Shown piece by piece: positions 1 to 8,872 of a DNA stretch of 64,000 bases. The stretch is from a virus: positions 1-64,000 of IMG/VR virus record IMGVR_UViG_3300047552_000481, one strand, 5' to 3'. Each line of letters starts with the position of its first letter. The stretch's first letter is position 1. The notes under the pieces were generated by a model that was not told the DNA's origin, searched no databases, and saw nothing but the letters and a program-made list of their open reading frames with translations. A program made the position numbers and the translations under genes.

Positions 1-1
1 C

Positions 2-784
2 CTATTATTCTTAACCCCAAATACAGCTAATGTACTCTATTTATCATCCAATGCAGCAACATCTTTCTATTATACCAAAGATCAAGCAAATGCAACATTC
101 TTAACCACTAATACCGCCAATGTACTTTATTTATCTTCTAATGCAGCAATAAATTTCTATTACACAAAAACAGAAGCTAATAACCAATTCCTGTCATTAT
201 CCAATGCTAATAATTACCTAACAAAAGCACAAGCTAATACTTGGTTCGTTGCTAATACAACTTATTGGGAAGACCTAAGATTTCCAGCTTTTGGCATAAA
301 TCCTGCAGGAAGCCCAGCACCACCCACGGCTAATAATATGTTTGGTTGGTTTGAGTACGATCCAGCAACTATAAATATATTTTCATTCCAAGCCCAAATG
401 CCTCATGCCTGGAGAGAAGGTAGTACCATCCATCCACATCTTCATTGGATGAAAACTACAAATGGAACCGGTAATGTCGTTTGGCGTATGGAATATCGAT
501 GGGTTCCAATTGGAGAAGTAATGGACACAACTTGGAAAGAATCAATTCGTGCCAATACAATGCCTGTAACCCCAGACTCAAATACAGCTTTCAAACACCT
601 AATGACCGAATTTGACGACATTTCTGGCCAAGGAAAACAACTCTCAGATATGCTTCTCATTATGCTGTCAAGAAATGCAAATACAGCAGCAGACAATTAC
701 GCATCTGCTGCGGCGTATCTTGAGTTCGATTTGCATTACGAAGTTGACCGATTAGGATCACAAACGGCAGAATATGCGAAGTAA
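2..784 (+). CDS. 3' part of a virion/tail-fibre-like protein (5'-truncated by window edge)
   Basis: Frame of ORF 338..784 is open back to position 2; encodes Asn/Ala/Thr-rich repeats (FLTPNTANVLYLSSNAAxxFYYTK) then a globular C-terminal domain. Confidence 0.55.
   Translation, partial: LLFLTPNTANVLYLSSNAATSFYYTKDQANATFLTTNTANVLYLSSNAAINFYYTKTEANNQFLSLSNANNYLTKAQANTWFVANTTYWEDLRFPAFGINPAGSPAPPTANNMFGWFEYDPATINIFSFQAQMPHAWREGSTIHPHLHWMKTTNGTGNVVWRMEYRWVPIGEVMDTTWKESIRANTMPVTPDSNTAFKHLMTEFDDISGQGKQLSDMLLIMLSRNANTAADNYASAAAYLEFDLHYEVDRLGSQTAEYAK
8..166 (+). repeat. Tandem 90-nt (30-aa) coding repeat
   Basis: ttcttaacc...aatgtact.tattta..aatgcagcaa...ttctatta occurs at 8 and 98. Confidence 0.8.
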
Positions 785-791
785 AATTTAA

Positions 792-1661
792 CTAATACAC
801 AAAATGTTCTTTTAATATATCATGGGTGAAAATTTCTGAATTACCCCCAGAAATTAATATTGGATCACCACTATATCTGTGTTCAGAAAAATAATTCAAT
901 ATGAATTGTTCCTTTTCATATGCTCGCATTCCAATATCATAATAATCCCATATTATTATCTCTTCGATTTTACTTTTGTCAGTTTTACAAAACCGCTTTT
1001 CTATTGTATTATTTGTTATCCCAATTTTATAATAATACCATCCTTCATGAAGTATTTTGATGTAATATAACCATGCTGGTTTTTCTGGCTTAAATCCAGA
1101 TTTTGCACACGCTGGACAACCTGTTCCAAGTAAAACTTTATTAGGAAGTGCATTCCATCTGTGATCACATACCAAACATAAAAATTGTGTTTTGGTTTGA
1201 CAATTTTTATATTCTCCAACTAATCTAACTGTACGATTATCTTTTTCTAATCTTGTATTAACTTCTTCAAATGACAAAGTTGAATCATTACAACAAGGAC
1301 AACCAGTTCCTATTAAAACTTTTTTGGGTGTTGCTGGCCATTCATAATCGCATACCAAACACAAAAATTGGGTTCGTGTTTTATTATTCGTATATTCCCC
1401 AACCAATCTAACTGTACGATTATCTGCTTCTAGTCTCGCATTAACTTCTTCAAATGACAATGGAAAAGATCCTCCACATTTGGGACAACTTTTATTTTGA
1501 TTGATTATATTATTTGGTGGGGTGGGCCATTCATAACCACATAATAAACATCCAAATGTGGTGGATTTTAACATACCATAATATGGTCCAGTTAATACAA
1601 CTGTTCTATTTCCATCTTTCAATTTTTGAACAATTTCTTCTTCAGTGTATTTTTGTGACAT
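792..1661 (-). CDS. Free-standing homing endonuclease-like protein, 3 Zn-ribbon repeats plus C-terminal GIY-YIG-like nuclease domain
   Basis: Three CxxC..W..P..GCPxC modules; LYYIKI..YYKIGITN..EKRF..EQ..GNSEIF; start MSQKY after GGAGAG. Confidence 0.75.
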   Translation of the reverse strand: MSQKYTEEEIVQKLKDGNRTVVLTGPYYGMLKSTTFGCLLCGYEWPTPPNNIINQNKSCPKCGGSFPLSFEEVNARLEADNRTVRLVGEYTNNKTRTQFLCLVCDYEWPATPKKVLIGTGCPCCNDSTLSFEEVNTRLEKDNRTVRLVGEYKNCQTKTQFLCLVCDHRWNALPNKVLLGTGCPACAKSGFKPEKPAWLYYIKILHEGWYYYKIGITNNTIEKRFCKTDKSKIEEIIIWDYYDIGMRAYEKEQFILNYFSEHRYSGDPILISGGNSEIFTHDILKEHFVY

Positions 1662-1671
1662 AATCTCTCCG

Positions 1672-1679
1672 TATAAATA
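1672..1679 (+). promoter_or_regulatory. T4-type late promoter
   Basis: TATAAATA 30 nt upstream of gp3. Confidence 0.75.
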
Positions 1680-1709
1680 ATATATCAACAACTATATTTA
1701 GGTGCTTAT

Positions 1710-2240
1710 ATGTCAGTCCTATCTCGAAGTCCCAGTGACAGTAATTATGCTCAACCCACGAAATTTAATTTGACCATACCATCAATTACGAGTTTAACTT
1801 ACTTCCTCCAGACCGTAAATTTGCCTGGATTGTCAGTTTCTCCAGCAACACAGCCAACCCCATTCAAAGATATTTTTCGCCCGGGCGATAAGGCAATTTT
1901 CAATGAATTGGTTTGTACATTTGTTGTTGATGCAGAATTGTGGGCTTGGGAAGTAATTTACGACTGGGTTCGCCACTACGCATTTCCTTGTTCCTTCCAA
2001 GAATATATTTCCTTAAAACGCCGCTCTGAAATTTCCAGTCATGCAGTTCAGCCACAATATTCTGATGGTATTCTCACGATAAATTCCAGTCAGAACACAC
2101 CTATTTTAAATCTTCATTTTGTGAATTTATTTCCGATTTCGTTATCTGACATTAATTTTTCGACTAGGGAGAGTGCTGATACAATTTTGACTGCGACGGC
2201 AGTATTTCAGTATCATATATACAATATCAAGCGTATATAA
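1710..2240 (+). CDS. gp3: Tail completion / tail tube terminator, gp3-like
   Basis: PTKFNL..YFLQTVNLPGLS..F.NLFPISLSDINF; T4-like synteny before uvsY. Confidence 0.85.
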   Translation: MSVLSRSPSDSNYAQPTKFNLTIPSITSLTYFLQTVNLPGLSVSPATQPTPFKDIFRPGDKAIFNELVCTFVVDAELWAWEVIYDWVRHYAFPCSFQEYISLKRRSEISSHAVQPQYSDGILTINSSQNTPILNLHFVNLFPISLSDINFSTRESADTILTATAVFQYHIYNIKRI

Positions 2241-2266
2241 AATGGCCATTATTATGGAGGTTGGGG

Positions 2267-2707
2267 ATGAATATATTAGAGACGATTTTATCGGAGTGGA
2301 ACAAAGATTCTGTTATTGATGACAGTAAGATACAGGAAGAGTTGATTAGGATACCGAAATTACATTGTAAGTACATTACATATTTGAGTCAATGTAAGGA
2401 ACATGCATTGAAGTTAAAGTTTGATTATGACAAGTTAAGAAATTTGAGATCTGAATATTATCTTGGTACATTAGATAAAGAGACATTAGAGCAGTATAAT
2501 TGGGAGCCATTTCAGTTACACATATCTACTAAAGCTGGGATTGAGAAATATTTGGCTGCTGATGATTATTTGATTAAGGTATTACAGAAAAAATTATTTT
2601 ATGAGCAAGCGATAGATATTATTGAATCTATATTGGGAGAGATTAAAAATAGGTCATGGCAGATTCGGTCATTAATTGATTATCAAAAATTCTTAAATGG
2701 TGCGTAA
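2267..2707 (+). CDS. uvsY: Recombination mediator UvsY
   Basis: W.KDS.ID..RIPKLH.KY, EYY.G, IKNRSWQIR..I.YQKF..G; synteny. Confidence 0.9.
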   Translation: MNILETILSEWNKDSVIDDSKIQEELIRIPKLHCKYITYLSQCKEHALKLKFDYDKLRNLRSEYYLGTLDKETLEQYNWEPFQLHISTKAGIEKYLAADDYLIKVLQKKLFYEQAIDIIESILGEIKNRSWQIRSLIDYQKFLNGA

Positions 2708-3709
2708 ATGGTTGATTTATATATTAAAAAACAAGATGAGACTTATATTATTTTGGAATCTGAGCAATCATTATTATATGAGATTTCAGAGTTATTTACA
2801 TTCTATGCTGATGGGTATCGGTACAATCCTAAATATAAGGCGAAGCTATGGGATGGAAAGATTAGGAGTTTAAGGCTGTTATCTAAGAATCGCGGAAGGA
2901 TATATGGTGGGTTATTAAGTAATATAATTTCTTTCTGTAAATCTAGAGATTATTCATATAAAATTGATGATGAATTAATATATAAGAATGAGATTTCAGA
3001 AGAAGATATTACTGGGTTTATAACTGAACAAAAATTGATGGCACATGGTAAAAAGATTGAGGCTCGTGATTATCAGATTAAGACTGTATTAGATTCTATT
3101 AATAAACATAAAGTAGTGATATTATCTGCAACTTCATCTGGTAAGTCATTAAGTTTATATTTATTAGCTCGATATTTTCAAGAGAAAGGATTGAAAGGGG
3201 TATTAGTAGTACCTAATGTATCATTAATTCATCAAATGTTTAATGATTTCAAAGATTATTCATCTGGTATTTCTTGGAATGTTGAAGATAATGTACATAA
3301 GATTTATCAAGATCAAATTCATGAAGCATTGAAAGATATTACAATTTCAACATATCAATCATTACATTTAATTAAGGACAACAATTTCTTTAAACAATTT
3401 GATTATGTGTTATGGGACGAGTGTTTTTCTGGTGATGCTAAAGTATTGACAAAATCTGGATATAAAAGAATTGATGAAATATCTGTGGGAGATATAGTTA
3501 TAAACTATAATGAACAAACAAAAACATTTAAAGAAGATGTTGTTGAAAAAGTACACCTAAATATAAGTGTACACGAAAAAATGTTTGAATTAGAATTTGA
3601 TAATGGTATCAAGATAAAAGTTACTGGGAATCACAAATTTTTAACTACCAACGGATGGATTAGAGCCGATCAATTAACAGAAAATGATGAGATAATTTCA
3701 TATGAATAA
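2708..3709 (+). CDS. uvsW: UvsW helicase N-extein (238 aa) fused to split intein N-fragment
   Basis: WDGKIR, RDYQ, SATSSGKS motif I, STYQS, VLWDE followed by CFSGDAKVLT. Confidence 0.92.
   Translation: MVDLYIKKQDETYIILESEQSLLYEISELFTFYADGYRYNPKYKAKLWDGKIRSLRLLSKNRGRIYGGLLSNIISFCKSRDYSYKIDDELIYKNEISEEDITGFITEQKLMAHGKKIEARDYQIKTVLDSINKHKVVILSATSSGKSLSLYLLARYFQEKGLKGVLVVPNVSLIHQMFNDFKDYSSGISWNVEDNVHKIYQDQIHEALKDITISTYQSLHLIKDNNFFKQFDYVLWDECFSGDAKVLTKSGYKRIDEISVGDIVINYNEQTKTFKEDVVEKVHLNISVHEKMFELEFDNGIKIKVTGNHKFLTTNGWIRADQLTENDEIISYE
3422..3706 (+). mobile_element. Split intein N-fragment (95 aa)
   Basis: Block A CFSGDAKVLT, block B IKVTGNHKFLT..GWIRADQL, then stop codon. Confidence 0.92.
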
Positions 3710-4601
3710 AGTAGAAAAACTTGTTTTAAAATATAACACAATTTTATCAACTAAAAATACTAATCTAAGATTGGTTTCATATTCAAATGGGGTAATAATA
3801 TTTAATAATGGTAGAGAAATTTCTGACCAAAAACAAATAGTGAACTTTAAGAATAGATTAAAATCCAACAGAAATTGGCCGCTTGATGATATTTATAGTA
3901 GTGATATAAATCGTGCCACAGAAATTGAAAATAATTTATTAAAAGAAATTCAATCTCAAGGAGGCAAAACAGTTCAGTCATTATACGGTGATAAAATCAG
4001 ATTAAATTTAAATACTGGTATTCCATGGAATACTGGCACAAAAGGTGTAAAAAATGGAACCCCTTGGACCGAAGAAAATAAAAGAAAATTGAGTGAATCA
4101 AGAAAAGGTGAAAATAATCCAATGTATGGTAGAAAATATACTGAAGAAGAGAAATTAAAACAATCTGAAAATATGAAATTGGCAATAAAATCTGGTAAAT
4201 TTACCCCAAAGTCTAATAATAGATTATCCAGAAAAGATTCCATATATAATGGTATTAATTTCAGATCATCTTGGGAAGCAATATTTTATTCATTAAACCA
4301 GTCATATGAATATGAGAAATTGAGAATTAAATATTTTAGTTCCAAAAAGAATAAATATAGAATTTATATTGTTGATTTTATTTCACATATTAATAAAATT
4401 GTAGTTGAGATAAAACCAAAAAAATCATTCAAAAGTGAAGAAATTGATAAAATCAAGGCATTATCAGTCTGGTGTAAGGAAAATGGGTATAAATTAAAAA
4501 TATACACTGATAATAAAATAAAAAGTATGGCAAAATTAGTAACAGATTTACACAATTTTGATAAAGTAACTCAATCTAATATATTAAAGCTAATAAAATG
4601 A
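3702..4601 (+). CDS. Free-standing endonuclease between intein halves (NUMOD3-like plus TnsA-like PD-(D/E)xK domain)
   Basis: SESRKGENNPMYGRK; FRSSWE..YEYEK.RIKY..YIVDF..VVEIKP; overlaps both flanking ORFs. Confidence 0.8.
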   Translation: MNKVEKLVLKYNTILSTKNTNLRLVSYSNGVIIFNNGREISDQKQIVNFKNRLKSNRNWPLDDIYSSDINRATEIENNLLKEIQSQGGKTVQSLYGDKIRLNLNTGIPWNTGTKGVKNGTPWTEENKRKLSESRKGENNPMYGRKYTEEEKLKQSENMKLAIKSGKFTPKSNNRLSRKDSIYNGINFRSSWEAIFYSLNQSYEYEKLRIKYFSSKKNKYRIYIVDFISHINKIVVEIKPKKSFKSEEIDKIKALSVWCKENGYKLKIYTDNKIKSMAKLVTDLHNFDKVTQSNILKLIK

Positions 4602-4702
4602 AACTAATCAATAAAATTGAAGTTCAAAAAGAATATACTACATACAATTTACACATTAAAACTGACCACAATTATATTGTTGAAAATGCGGTGGTTTCCA
4701 AT
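4598..4702 (+). mobile_element. Split intein C-fragment (35 aa)
   Basis: Block F/G ending in Ser-Asn, +1 residue Cys. Confidence 0.92.
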
Positions 4703-5494
4703 TGTCATCAGACAAAAGCGAATGTGATTCGTCTGATTATGGAAAAATTTGTGAATGCGAAATACAGATTAGGTTTTACTGGTAGTTTAGATGCGATTCA
4801 GGCGAACATAAAAACAATTACTGGACTTTTTGGACCAGTAAATAATATAATCACATCTAGAGAACTGATTGAACGTAAAGAGGCTACTCCATTACTGATT
4901 AAATGCTTAGTATTAAAATATGATGAGGACACCAGAAAAGCTAACAAGAAACTTAAGTACATTGATGAGGTTAAATATTTAATTTCTAATCATAAAAGAA
5001 ACGTATTCATTAAGAACTTAGCGTTAGCTCAGAAGCAGAATACAATTGTATTAAGTAATTATGTTGAAAAGCACGGAAGAATCCTATTTGATCTCATTAA
5101 TAATTCCAAACTGAAAGGAGATCGAAATGTATATTGGATTCATGGTAAAGTGGAATCAGAGGAACGTGAAAGGATACGGAACATACTGGAAACGGAAACT
5201 GGATCAATAATCGTAGCTACCACAAGTATCATGTCCACAGGAATCTCGATTCGGAACCTTCACAGTATAATATTAACAACACCCGGAAAAAGTACCATTA
5301 AGATCATACAGACTTGTGGGCGGTTACTGCGCTTAAACGACAATAAAGTTCAGGCGGTTCTATTTGATTTGGTTGATGACATGAGGATTAAGAACCATAA
5401 TAACTTCATGATCGAACATTATGTGGAACGGGTATCAGTCTATAATGAACAACAGTTTGATTACAAACTTATTAATGTTCCATTTGATCAATAA
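4598..5494 (+). CDS. uvsW: Split intein C-fragment fused to UvsW C-extein (263 aa)
   Basis: TYNLHIKTDHNYIVENAVVSN|CHQ; RLGFTGS, STGISIRNLH, IQTCGRLLR helicase motifs. Confidence 0.92.
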   Translation: MKLINKIEVQKEYTTYNLHIKTDHNYIVENAVVSNCHQTKANVIRLIMEKFVNAKYRLGFTGSLDAIQANIKTITGLFGPVNNIITSRELIERKEATPLLIKCLVLKYDEDTRKANKKLKYIDEVKYLISNHKRNVFIKNLALAQKQNTIVLSNYVEKHGRILFDLINNSKLKGDRNVYWIHGKVESEERERIRNILETETGSIIVATTSIMSTGISIRNLHSIILTTPGKSTIKIIQTCGRLLRLNDNKVQAVLFDLVDDMRIKNHNNFMIEHYVERVSVYNEQQFDYKLINVPFDQ

Positions 5495-5513
5495 ACAGAT
5501 GTTTCTAAGAATG

Positions 5514-5608
5514 AATCAATTGTAATTGGCGGGCCGAAGGACCGACGATGGAAAGTGGAAGAGTGAGCGTTAGCGAGGGATGACACTTTTCTTTTACTAC
5601 GACTGATT
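5514..5608 (+). other. GC-rich branched hairpin resembling a single-strand initiation / primosome assembly site
   Basis: Arms aatcaattgta/tacgactgatt and aaagtg/cacttt enclosing GGCCGAAGGACC and GAGCGTTAGCGAG. Confidence 0.35.
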
Positions 5609-5837
5609 AAGTTTCCTTTCATGTTAAATTAATATTCATATCACGCTTATTGATCTGAATCCAGTCTCAAAAGAAATGTAGTAGAACCCATTAAATCTCC
5701 ATTAACACGTAATAAATTTAATGGTTCTAATGAACATAGTACCCCTTATATCCACATAACTGGTGAGCTTAATCTCTTCTTTAGAATTAAAGTTGAACTT
5801 TATCTGATGAAGTGGAATCTTATCGAATTGAATAATA

Positions 5838-5957
5838 TTGATTCCAGTAATTAACTTTACCACGCGATCTTAATGTTATTATGTGGATTACGTGAGTTTT
5901 GTCTCTTTCTATGTGAATAATAACACTTGATTTCAGTAATGAATCTTATCACGCGAT
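5838..5957. repeat. Two 31-bp imperfect direct repeats (iteron-like)
   Basis: ttgattccagtaattaactttaccacgcgat (5838) vs ttgatttcagtaatgaatcttatcacgcgat (5927), 26/31 identical. Confidence 0.7.
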
Positions 5958-5999
5958 TTTGATTTGATGTAATTACACTTTTATTGATTCACGTTTTTT

Positions 6000-6489
6000 G
6001 GACATTACTTTTTACCCCCCCCCTTGAAGGTTTTTAAGGGAAAACTGCAACAGGCTAGGAACCTATAAGGCTTGGGTCACTGCTACAAAAACCACGATAG
6101 ACGTAATAGTGGGTATCTTATTATATAAAATAACCTACCCACCGAGAAAATAACCTCCTAGTTCGCCCCATTTAGAACCAGTGTCAAACTGCTACCCTAA
6201 CCTCATTGTGTTAGGTTGTTCTAAACTTCTTTTACCGCTGGGTCTTACTTCAGCTTAGGGTTGCTAATGTCCTTTTCAAAAATAGGATAGAGGGTTTCCT
6301 ATATTGCCCGACGTTTTTCGCCTGCTAGAGACGCTGGGAGACGTTCTGTGTATCAAAACACTGTATTTTTTAAGACCTTTTACCAGAAGAAGTCAAGTGG
6401 TATCCGTTCTCTAAAAAGGTTGTTCTACCTAATGATCCGCGATGAACCTACGAGAGCTTAATCTGAATTCTATCCCTATTAAATTTTAC
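6000..6489 (-). ncRNA. Candidate ~490-nt highly structured non-coding RNA, family unknown
   Basis: Own consensus promoter, no ORF, more than 10 nested helices with G-U wobbles on the minus strand, two long closing helices. Confidence 0.7.
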
Positions 6490-6495
6490 CGTACT

Positions 6496-6524
6496 ATTAT
6501 AACACAATTTTTAACAGTTGTCAA
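6496..6524 (-). promoter_or_regulatory. Consensus sigma70 promoter driving the non-coding region
   Basis: TTGACA-N17-TATAAT on minus strand. Confidence 0.88.
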
Positions 6525-6550
6525 CAAGTTTTTAACAATTCTTATACTAA

Positions 6551-6967
6551 TTAGACATCCTGAGAATTAGAAAGTTCCAAATTTTTATTCATTTCTGCAA
6601 TCATTTTTTCTCGATTTATTAATGCCTGTGTTTTATTTTTATTAGGAAGTTTCTCTAGTAATGTTTTTCTGGCTAGAGCATGTAATTCTGCTCTTAGATC
6701 ATCTGCTAAATGGTGATCATTTTGATGAGCATATAGTATTAATAATACTTTCAGATCTTCCAATATTTGGACAAGTTCATCTTTAGGAACATTCATATTA
6801 TAATCTTTTTTGACAAATGCAACTGCCTTATTAATTACTTCTTTTATAGTTCCCATTGTATATGGGGAATATATTGTAACTTTTCTTGGAATTTTGTAAA
6901 AAATCTTTTTAGGTATTTTTTCTGGTTTTGGACCTCTATTCACAACACGTCTTTTAGATTTTCTCAT
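6551..6967 (-). CDS. Hypothetical protein with very basic N-terminus
   Basis: 138-aa ORF, MRKSKRRVVNRGPKPEKIPKK. Confidence 0.6.
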   Translation of the reverse strand: MRKSKRRVVNRGPKPEKIPKKIFYKIPRKVTIYSPYTMGTIKEVINKAVAFVKKDYNMNVPKDELVQILEDLKVLLILYAHQNDHHLADDLRAELHALARKTLLEKLPNKNKTQALINREKMIAEMNKNLELSNSQDV

Positions 6968-7039
6968 ATTTCACCCATAATTCGTTCAATAATACTTAGA
7001 CAAGTTATATTCAAGAAAGTTCCACAAAAGTTTCAACAT

Positions 7040-8872
7040 TTATAAAATTCTATTAACTTTTTGTTTTTTCACTCGTAAATCTGCTAATGTTGAAATTCCA
7101 GGATGTTTTTCATCTCTTAATTGATTTAGTATTGCCAAAGATGTATTTGGATGTGTTGTTAATGTTTTGAGTACCTTAAGATGTTCTGGGTTTGTTTTAT
7201 CTAATTTATCATGAATGTATTGGATCGTTGGTGATTCAGTATTTTTATTTTTAAGTATGGTGTGATAGTTTTCTAGATGATTGTTTTTGTGATCTTCATC
7301 TTCTGGTTCTGGGTGATTATCGGCTTCTACTGCTATATTATGTAATAGATGTCTATCTTGTGTGTTTTTTGCGATACCATTAAGAAGTTCTTTTTTAGTA
7401 TATAGATCATTATCATAATCACCATTTTCAATATGTTGAATCATTTCATCGTGTTTTCCAGCATCAGTTTTTTTGTGTTTCGCCACTGCTAATATTTTAT
7501 CTAGATGATCAGACCAAGATATTGGACCATAACGGGTATGTTGACGGTGATTATAATCATAGATATCAGATAATACTTCATGATCAATATTTGGATGTTC
7601 TAATATTCTATCAGCATATCCTTCTGGATCATCATCATGGATTCTTTTTAATAGATGAGAAGATGTTTTTGGGTTATTGAGTAAATTATCATAGATATCT
7701 TCTATATGTTGAGATACATCATGATTATCTAATATATCTTCTAATGTATCTGGATCAACTTTTGGGTGTGTTGCAATTTTGGAAATTAGTTCTGAATGGA
7801 AATCTTCGTCACCAACTCCAGGATTCCAACCATATTGTTGTTTATCATCATTATTATCTAAAATATATTTTAGAGTTTTGGGTGATACATTTGGATGATT
7901 TAATATATGCATATAATGACCATGAATATGTTCTGGATCTTTTACATAATCATCAGCATATTGATCTTTTAAATGTGTAACATGTTGTGCATATTGGTGC
8001 ATTTGTTCTGGCGAATAGTCTTTCATATCTTCCACAGAAGCAAATGTAGAAACTCCATCATCATTATATAATTTATCGTTTTTGAAATAAATTTTATCTG
8101 GATGTGTTGGCCATTGTTTGTGAGCAAATTCTTTTGCTGCATTATCAAATAATGGATATTGATTTCCTTCAGAATATCCACCGGGTTTGGGTGCAGAATA
8201 TGACCTTCTTTCTGGTCTAAAAATATGTGATCTATCTGGTGATTCAAATTTCTTAAATAAGACTCTAGCAATAGCTTCGTTTTTATTCAATTCTGTTGCT
8301 GGTTTAGCAACACCTTTTTTAGTCAGATATGCAATTAAAGTGCCATTATCAAGATCTCCTGCTACTTTATGATGATATTCACCAGAATTAGGATGTGTTT
8401 CGTCTCCTGGTAAAGTCATACATGATCTCCAATGTCTACCAGAAGACATGCCTGCTACATGATAAGGGTGTCTAGAAATAACCATTTCATGAGTATCGGG
8501 TGATACTTGATCGGCATTTTTAGCAATTACTCTAGGATCAGATGCGTGGAGATTTGGATCTACTTTTAATTTCCCTAAAATTTTTGCAATTTTAGTTTGT
8601 CTACCATATTTATCTACAGCAATACCATTAACATAATCATGAATTTGATAACCATGTGGTTCGATATGACCTCTAATTTCATTTTCTCTACTTCTATCAA
8701 CATCCCCTAATGGTAATGCAATAGTATCATTATCAATTTTTCTTCCACCTTCTGGAATATTATTAAATAGATCGTTATGAATACGCATAGACCATGGAGA
8801 AGATCTATTATCAACCCATTTTCGTTGTCTTTTTGATAATGTTTCTGATAATAGTTGTCTAAAACTTTTCAT
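7040..8872 (-). CDS. Putative internal head protein: capsid-targeting leader, Cys-motif domain, LRV-like helical repeats
   Basis: MKSFRQLLSE leader; ISRHPY..GMS..WRSCM; repeats such as ILNHPNVSPKTL, IATHPKVDPDTL. Confidence 0.6.
   Translation of the reverse strand: MKSFRQLLSETLSKRQRKWVDNRSSPWSMRIHNDLFNNIPEGGRKIDNDTIALPLGDVDRSRENEIRGHIEPHGYQIHDYVNGIAVDKYGRQTKIAKILGKLKVDPNLHASDPRVIAKNADQVSPDTHEMVISRHPYHVAGMSSGRHWRSCMTLPGDETHPNSGEYHHKVAGDLDNGTLIAYLTKKGVAKPATELNKNEAIARVLFKKFESPDRSHIFRPERRSYSAPKPGGYSEGNQYPLFDNAAKEFAHKQWPTHPDKIYFKNDKLYNDDGVSTFASVEDMKDYSPEQMHQYAQHVTHLKDQYADDYVKDPEHIHGHYMHILNHPNVSPKTLKYILDNNDDKQQYGWNPGVGDEDFHSELISKIATHPKVDPDTLEDILDNHDVSQHIEDIYDNLLNNPKTSSHLLKRIHDDDPEGYADRILEHPNIDHEVLSDIYDYNHRQHTRYGPISWSDHLDKILAVAKHKKTDAGKHDEMIQHIENGDYDNDLYTKKELLNGIAKNTQDRHLLHNIAVEADNHPEPEDEDHKNNHLENYHTILKNKNTESPTIQYIHDKLDKTNPEHLKVLKTLTTHPNTSLAILNQLRDEKHPGISTLADLRVKKQKVNRIL

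Noticed and set aside
792-1661. Diversity-generating retroelement repeats
   Set aside because: Repeats are in-frame protein modules, differences are not adenine-specific, and no reverse transcriptase is in the window
2708-5494. uvsW as a frameshifted pseudogene
   Set aside because: Both breaks coincide with intact intein termini and all helicase motifs are preserved
5495-6550. Group I/II intron, tmRNA, RNase P or CRISPR array in the large intergenic region
   Set aside because: It interrupts no gene; no tRNA-like ends, domain V or recognisable P7 core seen; only two imperfect direct repeats. An Rfam search is still needed
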